Virus record (IMG/VR): IMGVR_UViG_3300028883_000032
Coordinates: 142,857-206,856 of that record
Length of the DNA: 64,000 nucleotides
Direction: 5' to 3' (one strand)
Positions 38,870-49,542 of the stretch are shown piece by piece (position 1 is the first letter of the stretch; each line of letters opens with the position of its first letter). Made by a program: the position numbers and the translations under genes. Under the pieces are notes generated by a model. That model had not been told where the DNA came from, searched no databases, and saw nothing but the letters and a program-made list of their open reading frames with translations.

Positions 38870-39285
38870 AGCTTAATAACCTCAACCTTATTTGCCTCTG
38901 TTAAGACAGCTAAAATAACTTCCCAAGCTAAATTATTAGGATCGTGTCTAATGTTCACTATTTCAATTCTTCTTAATTTTTCTTCGGGATCTATGTTTTG
39001 AGTTTTTTGTTCACGCAATATTTGCTCTTCAACTTCGTCTATTGCTAAAGCTATTTCCACACGAAATATCTCTTCTTGGTCCGGCGTGTACGCTAAACCA
39101 ACCATATCGCCAACCCTATTGCCGGTGGAAGGGAAATCTTTATTAGAGCCTTTAGCACTTAATAGGTTTAGATACAATTTTTGTAATAAACTTATTTTAT
39201 TATTTGACCTTTTTTGACCCTTTTGGTAGTCAAGGGTTACCTTTTTAGTAACCGGGTCAATGCTGATAATGTCAATATCTTTCAT
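38866..39285 (-). CDS. baseplate wedge gp25-like protein
   Basis: LLSAKGS...FPSTG; size and position before baseplate J. Confidence 0.6.
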   Translation of the reverse strand: MKDIDIISIDPVTKKVTLDYQKGQKRSNNKISLLQKLYLNLLSAKGSNKDFPSTGNRVGDMVGLAYTPDQEEIFRVEIALAIDEVEEQILREQKTQNIDPEEKLRRIEIVNIRHDPNNLAWEVILAVLTEANKVEVIKL

Positions 39286-39288
39286 TAT

Positions 39289-41250
39289 TTACGCCAATTC
39301 CGGTGTGTTTGCTAACCAAGGTGATACAGAATCCTCATTACTATCTTCAGAAAATTCAAAACCGGCATTTGGGTCTTCATCTGAAGTAAAAGACTCATTA
39401 ATAGCAGTAGCCCTGTTTGATGCCAACTCATCTTGTTGTGCTAGCGCAACATTTTCTACTTCTGGAGTATGGTCTGCCATTTGCGATGCCGCTGCCTGAC
39501 TTTTATTTCTAGAAGATAAATAGCATGTCGCATCAGCGGCAGCTTCCCCTATACTAACAATTTGGCCAGCTAGAGACATAGAAGCGGACATTACATTTAC
39601 AGCGGTTCCAATAGCATTTCCCAAATCTCCGCTTGAAATAAATTTACCAACAGAACCTCCCATGCTTTCTAAAAATGCAATTGCTTCTCGTATTAGGGGG
39701 CTGTTTTCATCGAACTTATTCAAATAACTTAAAGTAACCTTATCTTGATTAATTCCGGCTTCTATAACCCTTCTTAAATCTGACATCCTAACGACAGCAT
39801 TTATTAGGGCTTGTTTTCCCAGCCCTTCTGTCACATTACCTTTTACATTTGATACTACTGTGGATATTAAGTCTATTATTGAACTTAAAAACATTGCTTT
39901 AAGAACATGATAATTATTATCAAAATCGTTTTGCGACTGCAAATACTTAATTATTTCTTTAAATTGCGCAGCTTGCTCTTGCACCGCAGCAAGATCGGCT
40001 GCCGCTGCACCGATAAACCCACCACTTTGTCCTGTTTGCCATATAGCTTCTAAAGCAATAGTCCACCCTGGAATAGCTAAAGCAGCCTCTGTCTTTTTAG
40101 GGGGTACAGATTCTGTTTTATCTTCCATCTCTTCTCTAACGTCTTTTACTGTTCCTCTTTCTCTAATAATGAAGTTAAGTAACAAATTCATTGTTGTGCT
40201 TAATCCACTAATTGTGGCATCAAGGTTTTTCATAGAGTTTAATGTTAAGTTAACAGCTACGCCTTGGGCTTCCAAACTTGGCTCGCGGGTTTCTACTGTA
40301 ATTTCGTTTAATTTATATTCTCCAGTATCCGTGATTGTCCAACTTTTGCCACCGCTTGCAAATTGCCATGTACCATCAGAAAAAAACGACTGAACTGACA
40401 TATCAGGATTTGATGGTCTGTCAACAGTTAGTTTCAATAGGTTAATAACGTCTGGAGTGGGAGTAACGCGATATGTTGCTCCTAAAGCTGCCAATCCCAT
40501 CAATTTTACTGTGTCATTTAGTCTCCTAATATATTGTTTATAGTGCTCGTCTAGGAATTTTTTAGTATATGCCCAGTTTGTTTTTATATTTGGGTCTCCC
40601 TCGTCGTTATCTGTAAATTCATTAAAACCGCTCTTTAGAGTTCCTTGTATGGTATCTCCGCCCGTTTGTGTGCGTGCCCTACCTGTCCCGCCATTAAGAA
40701 AGTCAATGGCTGAACTTACATTATCCATTGCGCTACTGTGCAAACTCGAAGCAAAAATACCGGTTGTGCGAGCTCTCTCGTATACGGCCGAAATTGTTTT
40801 TTCTGCCGATTTAAGTTTTCTCTCAGCAGCTCTTACGCGATCAATAATGTTGGTTGCCCCATCAAAGGTTCCAAGATAGGCTAATTCACTTAATGCCCCT
40901 ATTAGTGCATTCACCATTACAATTGCATCTTCCGCCGTGCTAATTCTTTGTTGTACCTGTTGCTTCGCAACTCGGTTAGCTAGTGCAAATAATGCTAATT
41001 TCATTTGTGGTAACAAAGTCATGGCCATAGCAAACATTGCAACCCCTCCGGATATTATTTGGCCTAATCCGGTTTCTGTTAAAACTGTTTGTATAGCTTG
41101 AGATAGTAAAGTAGATGCAGCACTAGAAAGTAGACCCAACAGAGCTTCAACTCCTAACCACCCATTATCAGCAGCATTCGCTAAAAGGGAAGCTTCTCTA
41201 TCACTCATGTACTCTGCATATCTCTGATTTAATCTGTCTTGGCAGGACAT
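39289..41250 (-). CDS. hypothetical virion protein
   Basis: 653-aa helical Ala-rich ORF. Confidence 0.55.
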   Translation of the reverse strand: MSCQDRLNQRYAEYMSDREASLLANAADNGWLGVEALLGLLSSAASTLLSQAIQTVLTETGLGQIISGGVAMFAMAMTLLPQMKLALFALANRVAKQQVQQRISTAEDAIVMVNALIGALSELAYLGTFDGATNIIDRVRAAERKLKSAEKTISAVYERARTTGIFASSLHSSAMDNVSSAIDFLNGGTGRARTQTGGDTIQGTLKSGFNEFTDNDEGDPNIKTNWAYTKKFLDEHYKQYIRRLNDTVKLMGLAALGATYRVTPTPDVINLLKLTVDRPSNPDMSVQSFFSDGTWQFASGGKSWTITDTGEYKLNEITVETREPSLEAQGVAVNLTLNSMKNLDATISGLSTTMNLLLNFIIRERGTVKDVREEMEDKTESVPPKKTEAALAIPGWTIALEAIWQTGQSGGFIGAAAADLAAVQEQAAQFKEIIKYLQSQNDFDNNYHVLKAMFLSSIIDLISTVVSNVKGNVTEGLGKQALINAVVRMSDLRRVIEAGINQDKVTLSYLNKFDENSPLIREAIAFLESMGGSVGKFISSGDLGNAIGTAVNVMSASMSLAGQIVSIGEAAADATCYLSSRNKSQAAASQMADHTPEVENVALAQQDELASNRATAINESFTSDEDPNAGFEFSEDSNEDSVSPWLANTPELA

Positions 41251-42023
41251 TAAAAGTATTCCATATGGTTTTCTACATCAACAGCTATTTGACTTCGTAT
41301 TTTTCGTACTTGCGATTCAGGCATGTTCAGTCTGTCTGCTATTTCAGCGGTCGTCAATTGTGGATTACCTCCCCAACCAAAGGTATACTCCATTATTTTC
41401 TTTGTTTTATTGGGGGCCGTGTGATAAATAAGTCTAGCTATTTCCAGAGCTTTATTTTTAGAATGAAATCCTGCATCAAAGAAAGAACTGGTATCTTCTT
41501 TTCCGGTTCCTATGCTCAAATCTTGCCTTAATTCGGCATTCATTCTTTCGACTTCTTTCGGGGACCAAGCCAAGGCGTCAGCTATTTCGTAAGTTGTTGG
41601 AGGCCTGTTTAACTCATCTTCTAGATTTGATTTAATGTTCTGAAATCTAGAAATTGCAATCCCACGATGTTCAGGTATTTTTCCGACATTTTGATATTGC
41701 AAAACGTATCTTTGAAGATGCTTTAAGTGATTAGTTACGTGTGTATTTAAAGCTGCACCTTTATTAGGATCGTAGGTATCAAAACTTTTTACTGTAAGTC
41801 TTCTCGCCTCTGATTCTAATGCAGGTCTTGGTAATGGCGCACCAGTAAATTTATTTACATTACTTTGTATAACAGGATCGAGGCTTTTTAATAGATAAGG
41901 CACAACGGCTTTATCACCCATATGATACTGCTTCCAGAGATCAACTTCGCGTTCTTTGAGCTGGGATCTAGACAGATCCACCGGTATTTGAAAGCTCTTC
42001 ATAAATTCTATTTCCTTCATCAA
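41250..42023 (-). CDS. sigma70-family sigma factor
   Basis: YDPNKGAALNTHV (region 2), LNRPPTTYEIADAL (region 3), TTAEIADRLNMPESQVRKI (region 4 HTH). Confidence 0.85.
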   Translation of the reverse strand: MMKEIEFMKSFQIPVDLSRSQLKEREVDLWKQYHMGDKAVVPYLLKSLDPVIQSNVNKFTGAPLPRPALESEARRLTVKSFDTYDPNKGAALNTHVTNHLKHLQRYVLQYQNVGKIPEHRGIAISRFQNIKSNLEDELNRPPTTYEIADALAWSPKEVERMNAELRQDLSIGTGKEDTSSFFDAGFHSKNKALEIARLIYHTAPNKTKKIMEYTFGWGGNPQLTTAEIADRLNMPESQVRKIRSQIAVDVENHMEYF

Positions 42024-42870
42024 TGGCCGCAGTTATATCTTCAAGATATGCTGCTTGTAGGTCTTCATTTTCAAAAATAGTTTCTCCGCCGCTTGTAAAC
42101 GTGGAGGAAACGACCTGTCTCCAATTAGATGTCAGTTCTGCTGACTGTTTTTCTAAATATGTAATCTGCGCATCATACCCTATTATACTATGTATCAATT
42201 GGTTTATTAATTGCGCATCCTGTTGTCCTTTACTTTTCTCTTCTTGCAGCCTATCGTCTTCCTCCGCCCTAGCTTTAATAATATCAGGAAGTAACAAATC
42301 CTTTGAGACATCAATACCAAATTGGTACATCATGTATAATTTTTCATTATGCAGTACTTTATGTTTTGTAACAATCATTTGCATATTGAAAGACGATGTG
42401 TGAGGAGAAGCAGCAACCTTGTTAATACTAAAATTAGTTGGGTAGAAATAAATTAAGTTCTCCCCTACTACTAATATAGCAATTTTTTTCTTTCTTGCAA
42501 GTTGTGTTCCACGTAAATGTTTATCCCAAAACTCTCTCCACATGGATTCCCACCTATATTTATTATGCGGTTTAGCTTCAAGAAGTGTTCCCGACAACCC
42601 ATAAACTTTTGTTTTCTCATCAAAGAAAGATAATACAGATGTGCCACTAAATGTTTCCATAACTTGAACCTTCTCTATATGCGTTTCTTGAAATTGCTGC
42701 AAAATAAAATGGTCAGTTAGGAGGATTTCAGTAGATGGCATGTCCTCTGTTACAAAAGCAGGATTTGGTACTACCAGTATCATAGCTGGTTTTTTTATCA
42801 AAGATATATTGGATAATGAAGGTTTGGAATCCCACCCATCTTGAATTGAACTTAATGGTAGGTTAGACAT
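41968..42870 (-). CDS. tail/baseplate protein
   Basis: EKVQVMETFSG...FFDEK..VYGLSGTL; context. Confidence 0.5.
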   Translation of the reverse strand: MSNLPLSSIQDGWDSKPSLSNISLIKKPAMILVVPNPAFVTEDMPSTEILLTDHFILQQFQETHIEKVQVMETFSGTSVLSFFDEKTKVYGLSGTLLEAKPHNKYRWESMWREFWDKHLRGTQLARKKKIAILVVGENLIYFYPTNFSINKVAASPHTSSFNMQMIVTKHKVLHNEKLYMMYQFGIDVSKDLLLPDIIKARAEEDDRLQEEKSKGQQDAQLINQLIHSIIGYDAQITYLEKQSAELTSNWRQVVSSTFTSGGETIFENEDLQAAYLEDITAAIDEGNRIYEELSNTGGSV

Positions 42871-44890
42871 TATATACGTTTCCTTGTATTATAGCTTGAT
42901 ACACTCGATCCTGTCTTTCCTTAACAAAAGGCTTTCCTTCGGCCTCGTTTCCCCAGGAGTTATAATCCCCATCATCCACAGGAGAATCGCCAAGAGAGGT
43001 GGCCATGTATGTATGTTCTTCTGAATTTAATGGTTTAGTTGGATCGGCTAGCACAAAATTCCAAAAATCTGATTCCTTTACCAAACTTCGTTTTAACAAT
43101 GGTTTTATTGTTCTGTTAATATCTGCTTCAGATACTCCTTGAGTAATTGTTTTAATATAAGTTACAAAAGCTTGCATAACTTTCGTAGGATCATTTGTTT
43201 CTTCTGTTACTTTATCTAAGTAGTCTTTTAAGTTGGAATCCTCTAATTCTCCAGTAATTTGTGGATAAGTTTCACTGTAAATTTTGGATGCCCCATATTT
43301 TGAGTCGTCAAACAAAGCAGGAAATGAGGGTATGTAGTCATTGTAATATAACCCAACATTTTTAGTTTGTGAAGAGCCTATAACAGCATTCTCGCTTACT
43401 AGTTTTGGTGCTCTTATGCTAAGTGTTTGAGTTGCTGTTCCTCCAGCACTTATTATAGTAGTAATCCCAGCAATGGTGCCATATACAGAAGGGAATATGG
43501 GGTCAACTATTAAAGCGGGAAAGCCAACTAGCCTGTGCGGGCTATAAACGGTTGTAATATCAAAAGTTCTGTATCTATACCTTTGGTCAAAAAATTTCAA
43601 ATCAACCATTTTTTGGATAACCCCATCTCCTGCTTTGGAGTCATCTTCTCCAGTAAAAATGTCATCAATGATGGTTAAATCATTTATACCTAGTATTGGG
43701 CCTTCGGGATCTTCTGTTGGTTCCTGATTGTTTTTCTTTGCAGAATATACATCTGCCAAAGTATACGCTAATCCGCTGGATGCCTTTGCCCTTGTGGCAT
43801 TGATTCCTCTTATCTTTTCTTCGTCGGTCATTTTTCCACTTAGCTTGTTTTCGGATTCTCTAAAAATTAACTTTGGGCTTACCCACTCATGTAAACCAAA
43901 AGCATTTTCTGCCGCTCCAAGCGATATTTGGAGTGGGTCAAGACGCATTATGTGACGAGTTGGCTCACTAGCCATATTCCGCGCATAAGACATGCGTACG
44001 ACTTCGTTTGGTAAGACTACATTGCATAAGGCAGGTAAAAAATAATCAGTTCTTGGTTTTATGAACAAGCTTATTGGCGCTTTATTTCCTGTATCATCAT
44101 CTGTATAACTTGGTGCTGCTACTGCATTGAATTCATAATTAAGAAACGATGTTAATTCTGTTAATATGGAATTTAATGGCACGTAAACTGGCCATCTAAC
44201 CACATTATCTTTTAACAATTTATTTAGTGCTGCTTGACTTATATTATCATTTCCTATATTATTGTCTAAAGTTATAATTCTATTAGAGATCTTTAGTGAT
44301 TTATCCAGTAACTTTGGATAAGGGTTGTTCGCTAGAACTAGTGGTATTAAACCGTTTTCTCCTGTAAAGAATTCTTTTAGTGTTGACCCTTCATTAAGAG
44401 CGGTTACTAAAACAGATGTGGCTGTATTAGTAGGCACTTCATCTGACATCACTAGTTTTTTAGGGGGTCTGGATCTTTTGCCTCCGTCTACTCCCCCGGA
44501 ATCCATATCCCCATTCATAACAACCATGTGGCCATCAAAGGTAGCTGGATTTTGAATTGTTCCCTTTTTCAAGTAAGCTCTATTTAACTCATCTACCAAA
44601 CTAGTAAATGTTGCCTCAATACCCCTGTTGGATCCAGAACGAGAAAAACTTATACCGGCTAAACTCCCCTCAAAAATCAGGTAGTATTCCGGCTCTCCCC
44701 CATCGCTGGTAGCATCGCTATAAAATACATGCGCTAGTGTCTTTGGTAGCATGTATAAAAACGCATCGCTAAGAGGTAAAGATACAACAGCTGATGGCGG
44801 GCCACCAGTGCTCTCCTGAATAGAAATACTGTTAAAGGGTACTTCCAACCCTTCCAAATATAATTTACATTGTATATAACTTGCTGACAT
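42863..44890 (-). CDS. baseplate hub-like protein
   Basis: KLYLEGLEVP...IFEG; follows tape measure. Confidence 0.5.
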   Translation of the reverse strand: MSASYIQCKLYLEGLEVPFNSISIQESTGGPPSAVVSLPLSDAFLYMLPKTLAHVFYSDATSDGGEPEYYLIFEGSLAGISFSRSGSNRGIEATFTSLVDELNRAYLKKGTIQNPATFDGHMVVMNGDMDSGGVDGGKRSRPPKKLVMSDEVPTNTATSVLVTALNEGSTLKEFFTGENGLIPLVLANNPYPKLLDKSLKISNRIITLDNNIGNDNISQAALNKLLKDNVVRWPVYVPLNSILTELTSFLNYEFNAVAAPSYTDDDTGNKAPISLFIKPRTDYFLPALCNVVLPNEVVRMSYARNMASEPTRHIMRLDPLQISLGAAENAFGLHEWVSPKLIFRESENKLSGKMTDEEKIRGINATRAKASSGLAYTLADVYSAKKNNQEPTEDPEGPILGINDLTIIDDIFTGEDDSKAGDGVIQKMVDLKFFDQRYRYRTFDITTVYSPHRLVGFPALIVDPIFPSVYGTIAGITTIISAGGTATQTLSIRAPKLVSENAVIGSSQTKNVGLYYNDYIPSFPALFDDSKYGASKIYSETYPQITGELEDSNLKDYLDKVTEETNDPTKVMQAFVTYIKTITQGVSEADINRTIKPLLKRSLVKESDFWNFVLADPTKPLNSEEHTYMATSLGDSPVDDGDYNSWGNEAEGKPFVKERQDRVYQAIIQGNVYNV

Positions 44891-44891
44891 A

Positions 44892-47813
44892 TTAGTACAT
44901 ACTGCCTTCTGGAGACACGTAATTTTTGGTTGTTTGAGCCCATGGGGCGCGTTTAAGAATTGATATTAAATCTTCCAATTGCATGCTAAGAGTAAATTGC
45001 ATTTTACCTGCTGCATCCAAATCTGCATTTTTTAATTGGTCCGCTAAAGAACCTTTAGCGGCATCTTCTGGAAGAGACTGAACCAAGCTATCAAATCTAT
45101 TCAAGGATGAAAATACTGTTTCTGCTTGCGAGGTTAGTTTTTCTGTATCTCCGTAAGCTGCTTTTATTGCAGATCTAGTTTGTTCGTCCGTTTGTAATAT
45201 AGCTTTGTTGCTCTGATTGTTTGCTGCCCCAATGGCAAATTCAGCTAGCTGCTGTCTGGCATCTGCTCTGTTTTCATAAGTAAGGCCTATTTTGCCGAAG
45301 GCATCTGGGTTGTTAAAAGTTAGGTTTGCTGTTTGTACAAGCCTATCATAATCTTCTTTTGTTTCCGTTTTGGCTATTGTATCCATCATAGTCATGCCAA
45401 TACTTGAATTTACATCAAATGCTGACATACCAACATCAATAGCTGCCGCAACTTCCAAATTTGCCAAACTTTGTTGGGTAGATTGTACCGCTAATTTGGG
45501 AATAACTTTACTTCGCCCCTTAGCCCACCTTGGCAGATTCGCATCTTTTACATTAAATTCGCCGGCTGTCCAATAATTGTATAATTGTGTACCAAGAGTT
45601 TCTTGATCACTAAATTTTTCTAGGAAAGATTCTTTAGTCAAATTTCCCTGCATTACCGCATCTTGTAATTCTCTTAAAGACCCACCAGTTAAATTCTTAA
45701 ATTCCCTGTTTGTTATATTGTTTTCATTAAGTATAAGTTCTGACCAGCTTTGTACAGTATCTCCACCTATGGTCGCCAAATTATCTAATTTATCTCTATC
45801 TGCGGATGAGCTCCATACGGATACAGCTGCTCGACGGGCTGCTTGTTCGGATGTACTTAAATCTCCATATGATCTGGAAACCCTTAAATTATTTACAGTC
45901 GTATCACCAGTAAACCAGTCAGAAATATCTTGTGCCATTTCTCCTATTGCGGAACGAGGACCCCTAGTTGCCCTTTCAACAAATTCCCCTGTTGGACGAG
46001 TAATATGTTGTCCAACAGTTTCATCCCAACCAATGGCAAAGTTTCTCCAGATTCTTTCTAGTCCACCTACTCTACCTCTAGCATTTTGTGCAACTTCCAT
46101 CAAGTTTGGAGCTAAATCCATTAAGGAGTCTCTATACTCCTCTGGATTTGCAGCTATTGCGGACCATCTTTCTGCTTGTGAGGAATTTATTCCTTGGGTC
46201 AGTAAGAAGCCTTTAAAGGCTGTTTGGTTATATTCCCTACCTCCAGAAGCCCAAGAAGCTAGTTGCATGTATTGACTTAAATTTTGGGCGTCATATATAG
46301 TAGATGGAGTTGTATTTATGATGTCTTCTTGCCCACCCACTGCTGTTAAATACCCCATCATTCCAGTACGGCCTATGAAATTTGATGCGGTATAAAACTG
46401 ATCTACTACTCCGGCTCCGGCCATTCCAGGACCACCGGCCATCATTGCCGTATTCATTGCAAAACCGGAAGAGCTGCGCGCAAAATTTAATGCAGACCTC
46501 TCCATGTCAAGAGCCATTTGGGAAACCCCGCCACTATTTCTAATAACATTCGGGTCTATCAATCCTTGTGCGGCCATCCCATGAATAGCGCCAGCTGCGG
46601 TTAATGCTCCTGTAAAAGCCGCCCCCATGCTTAAACCGGTACCTTGCACTATATTGGTAGCGGATCGTCCCATTTGCAGAGCTTCACCTGGTGTAAGTCC
46701 CATAGTAGTGGGGGCGTTTCCTAATAAGCTCGTTATACTAGTAATGGTTCCAGCATCTGTCACTCCAAGACTTGACATCTCCCCCATAAAGTTTGAAGCC
46801 TCTTTTGTGGACATATGTAAAGTATGCATGACCGTGCGGGCATTTTCTATCAGATTGTCGATGTTTCGCTTAAACTCGTCTGCGGTTCGGCTGTAATCAA
46901 ATCCTCCAGCTGCTGCAAACTCATTTACCATTGTGTCTATTTCTCCTGGACGGAAACCTTGTTCGATTCCCATTCCTGAATATTCCCACTCCCCCATTCT
47001 GGTTGCTAATTGTCTTGATTCAAATTGATCAAGAGGACCTCCTACCGATCTAAAAGATATGTTTTGTAGATAGTTGGCTCTTTGTAAAACTCGTTTATCT
47101 TCGTGATAATCGGGTCTGAATATAGCATCAGCCCCTAGCCCAGCGGCCAGTCCTGCTACAATTCCAAGAGGCCCGCCTATTGACCCACCAAGCGCTGAAG
47201 CCAATGGAGCCGTTATTCCTAAACTTAATACGTCATAAGCCAATTCTTGTCCAGCTATGCTTCGCATTCCTCGATCTCCGTGAAGTGTGGTGAATTCTTC
47301 ACGGCTTAATGGCATTGACGGGTGATAACCTAACCCAAGAGCTCCTGTAAGCGTGTTCCCCATTACTGTGCCCGATTCTGCCCCGAGCCTTATTTGGTTC
47401 CAATAATCTACTCCAGCCATATTAGAGCCAATGCCAACAGTATTTAAATCAGAGGTGCTTACGTATGGGGCAGGAGTGAGTAGACCACTCATCTCCATTG
47501 CACTGCTAAACTTTTCGTAACCCAATCTTGCACGATTGATCATTGAATCAAACTGATTTGCAATGCTCGTCCCCATGTCGGGTGAAAACGAAGGAGAAAT
47601 TTGTGGAGGGGGCCCAATTGGAGCCGCTACGCCGCCTCCTATGTCTCCACCGCTAAATGGGTTAAAAGTAAAAGCAGTAGGATCAAGTCCCATGCCGCCA
47701 AAAGCAGACGCTCCGGATTCAAGCGCTACTTGATCCCGAAGTGCCTGTAATTGACCAGCAATATCAGATGCGTCTAGTTCTACTTTATAGGTTAGTTTAT
47801 CTTCTACCGGCAT
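44892..47813 (-). CDS. tape measure protein (putative)
   Basis: 973 aa, Gly/Ala/Met-rich, follows the chaperone pair. Confidence 0.7.
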   Translation of the reverse strand: MPVEDKLTYKVELDASDIAGQLQALRDQVALESGASAFGGMGLDPTAFTFNPFSGGDIGGGVAAPIGPPPQISPSFSPDMGTSIANQFDSMINRARLGYEKFSSAMEMSGLLTPAPYVSTSDLNTVGIGSNMAGVDYWNQIRLGAESGTVMGNTLTGALGLGYHPSMPLSREEFTTLHGDRGMRSIAGQELAYDVLSLGITAPLASALGGSIGGPLGIVAGLAAGLGADAIFRPDYHEDKRVLQRANYLQNISFRSVGGPLDQFESRQLATRMGEWEYSGMGIEQGFRPGEIDTMVNEFAAAGGFDYSRTADEFKRNIDNLIENARTVMHTLHMSTKEASNFMGEMSSLGVTDAGTITSITSLLGNAPTTMGLTPGEALQMGRSATNIVQGTGLSMGAAFTGALTAAGAIHGMAAQGLIDPNVIRNSGGVSQMALDMERSALNFARSSSGFAMNTAMMAGGPGMAGAGVVDQFYTASNFIGRTGMMGYLTAVGGQEDIINTTPSTIYDAQNLSQYMQLASWASGGREYNQTAFKGFLLTQGINSSQAERWSAIAANPEEYRDSLMDLAPNLMEVAQNARGRVGGLERIWRNFAIGWDETVGQHITRPTGEFVERATRGPRSAIGEMAQDISDWFTGDTTVNNLRVSRSYGDLSTSEQAARRAAVSVWSSSADRDKLDNLATIGGDTVQSWSELILNENNITNREFKNLTGGSLRELQDAVMQGNLTKESFLEKFSDQETLGTQLYNYWTAGEFNVKDANLPRWAKGRSKVIPKLAVQSTQQSLANLEVAAAIDVGMSAFDVNSSIGMTMMDTIAKTETKEDYDRLVQTANLTFNNPDAFGKIGLTYENRADARQQLAEFAIGAANNQSNKAILQTDEQTRSAIKAAYGDTEKLTSQAETVFSSLNRFDSLVQSLPEDAAKGSLADQLKNADLDAAGKMQFTLSMQLEDLISILKRAPWAQTTKNYVSPEGSMY

Positions 47814-48120
47814 TTGAAGTTCCTACAGACAGTTTAAATTCTTTTGATCTATCTATCTCTTTAAACTTAAATTTCTTATTTTTTAGTTTGTGCTGAATTT
47901 TTTTAAATTCTGCAAATTTAGCTTGGCTTTCTTCCACAAAATCTTTTCGTTCTAGTGCCATGTGTGGTTCAAACCAATTTTGGTATTCTAGTAAAATTTG
48001 ATTTAATTTTTCGATCTTTTCTTGAGAATCTGGAGCCGAAGAATACAGATCCAATTGTGCCTTATATGCATCTAGCATTTCCAGTCGTTTATGTGCGAAT
48101 GCCAAGCCTTTTTCAAGCAT
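47797..48120 (-). CDS. tail assembly chaperone, T segment (expressed via -1 frameshift)
   Basis: -1 frame open from slippery site 48204-48197 into this ORF. Confidence 0.6.
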   Translation of the reverse strand: MLEKGLAFAHKRLEMLDAYKAQLDLYSSAPDSQEKIEKLNQILLEYQNWFEPHMALERKDFVEESQAKFAEFKKIQHKLKNKKFKFKEIDRSKEFKLSVGTSNAGRR

Positions 48121-48167
48121 AGAGCCGGGTTCAGCTTTATATTCTAGAGCCCCTCTTAATATAAGAT

Positions 48168-48587
48168 TTAGTCGCTGGAGGACGAGGGGCTCTCTGAAAA
48201 ATCCTCTGCCATCTCCAAAATATCGTGGACATATTTGTGTAGTTCTGTTTGTTTTTGTACTAATTTATCAACTAAATGATCGCCGCTATTTCTTATAAAT
48301 ATGTCGGCATCTTCAGGCTTGTCAAAGGCAATATCATTAAATTGTTTTAAAGAGTATTTTAGCAACTGTACCTGAAATTCATTAGCTAATAAAGCCCCAA
48401 TAGCTTTGGGATTTACTTCGGACATTTCCTCTTTTGCTGCTAAGTTTTCCCTAACCGTAATTGTTTGAAGCACTACTGGGACATCAAGAATTTTATATTC
48501 CTTTTGAATCCGACCGTTTAGCATGTACTCCATAAGGGTTGCTTTATCCTCAGGAGTGAGTTTCGTTTTCTTTTCTGTTTCTGCCAT
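48168..48587 (-). CDS. tail assembly chaperone G
   Basis: Position before tape measure; ends over a slippery site and hairpin. Confidence 0.65.
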   Translation of the reverse strand: MAETEKKTKLTPEDKATLMEYMLNGRIQKEYKILDVPVVLQTITVRENLAAKEEMSEVNPKAIGALLANEFQVQLLKYSLKQFNDIAFDKPEDADIFIRNSGDHLVDKLVQKQTELHKYVHDILEMAEDFSESPSSSSD

Positions 48588-48672
48588 AATTCTTTCTTTG
48601 GTTTATAGTTTAGGCTCTAGTATAGTATACTATTCCTTGAAACGAATTTCAAGGTTTTTGGTATAAGATTAC

Positions 48673-49068
48673 ATGGATTTAACAGTTTATTGTGACGGAG
48701 GGTCTTTGGGAAACCAAGGGCCTGACCGTAAAGCGTATTATTCTTTTAAGATATACGACGGTGGCATAGAGGTAAAGCATGTAAATAAAAAAGACATTCC
48801 TGGAAATGCGACAAATAACGAAGCCGAGTATCAAGCTCTTATTCAAACTGTAGAGTATCTTCTACATTTGGAAACAAAAATTAACTCTCTAACCATATAT
48901 ACCGATTCTCAACTTGTTGTTAAACAGCTATCCGGAGAATATAAAGTAAGAAATCCTAATCTCTTAAAACTACATGAAGCCTTTAAAAATAAGTGTAAAG
49001 AACTAGGAACCCATGTTACTATTGTTTGGGTTTCCAGAGATGTAACAGAAAAGGAACTAGGACACTAA
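48673..49068 (+). CDS. rnhA: ribonuclease HI
   Basis: YCDGGS.GNQG, TNNEAEYQAL, TDSQLV. Confidence 0.9.
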   Translation: MDLTVYCDGGSLGNQGPDRKAYYSFKIYDGGIEVKHVNKKDIPGNATNNEAEYQALIQTVEYLLHLETKINSLTIYTDSQLVVKQLSGEYKVRNPNLLKLHEAFKNKCKELGTHVTIVWVSRDVTEKELGH

Positions 49069-49532
49069 TGATTGTAATAAAGCCACCAAAAGTTGTATTA
49101 AATGCAACGGAAGAATTTACAGTATTCGCAGCCGGTAGTATAGAAATGGGCAAAGCACGAAATTGGCAGGAAGAATTAGCAGAACAAGTAAGTGATGTTG
49201 ATGGATATTTACTAAATCCCCGAAGAGACGACTGGGATTCTAGTTGGGAGCAGGATATTAGTAACAAGTTTTTTAAGGATCAGGTAGAGTGGGAATTAAA
49301 GGCATTGGAAGAAGCAAGTCTAATTGTAATGTACCTTCAACCTGGTACAATGTCTCCTATATCTCTTTTGGAGTTGGGAAAATTTGCAAAACCGGAAAAA
49401 CTATTTGTTTGCTGTCCTAAAGGATTTTGGCGTAAAGGTAACGTAGATATTTTTTGTAAAAGGTATAAGATATTTAATACTGATAATTTTGACCAGCTTT
49501 CATCTGTAATAAGAACATTCAAAGACAACTAG
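49068..49532 (+). CDS. nucleoside 2-deoxyribosyltransferase-like protein
   Basis: VFAAGSI...WQ...NPRR...QVEWE...SPISLLELG. Confidence 0.85.
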   Translation: MIVIKPPKVVLNATEEFTVFAAGSIEMGKARNWQEELAEQVSDVDGYLLNPRRDDWDSSWEQDISNKFFKDQVEWELKALEEASLIVMYLQPGTMSPISLLELGKFAKPEKLFVCCPKGFWRKGNVDIFCKRYKIFNTDNFDQLSSVIRTFKDN

Positions 49533-49542
49533 TAACACCTTC

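Noticed and set aside
11228-46896. Numerous short + strand ORFs inside the RNAP and virion genes
   Set aside because: Antisense shadows of long, motif-bearing - strand genes
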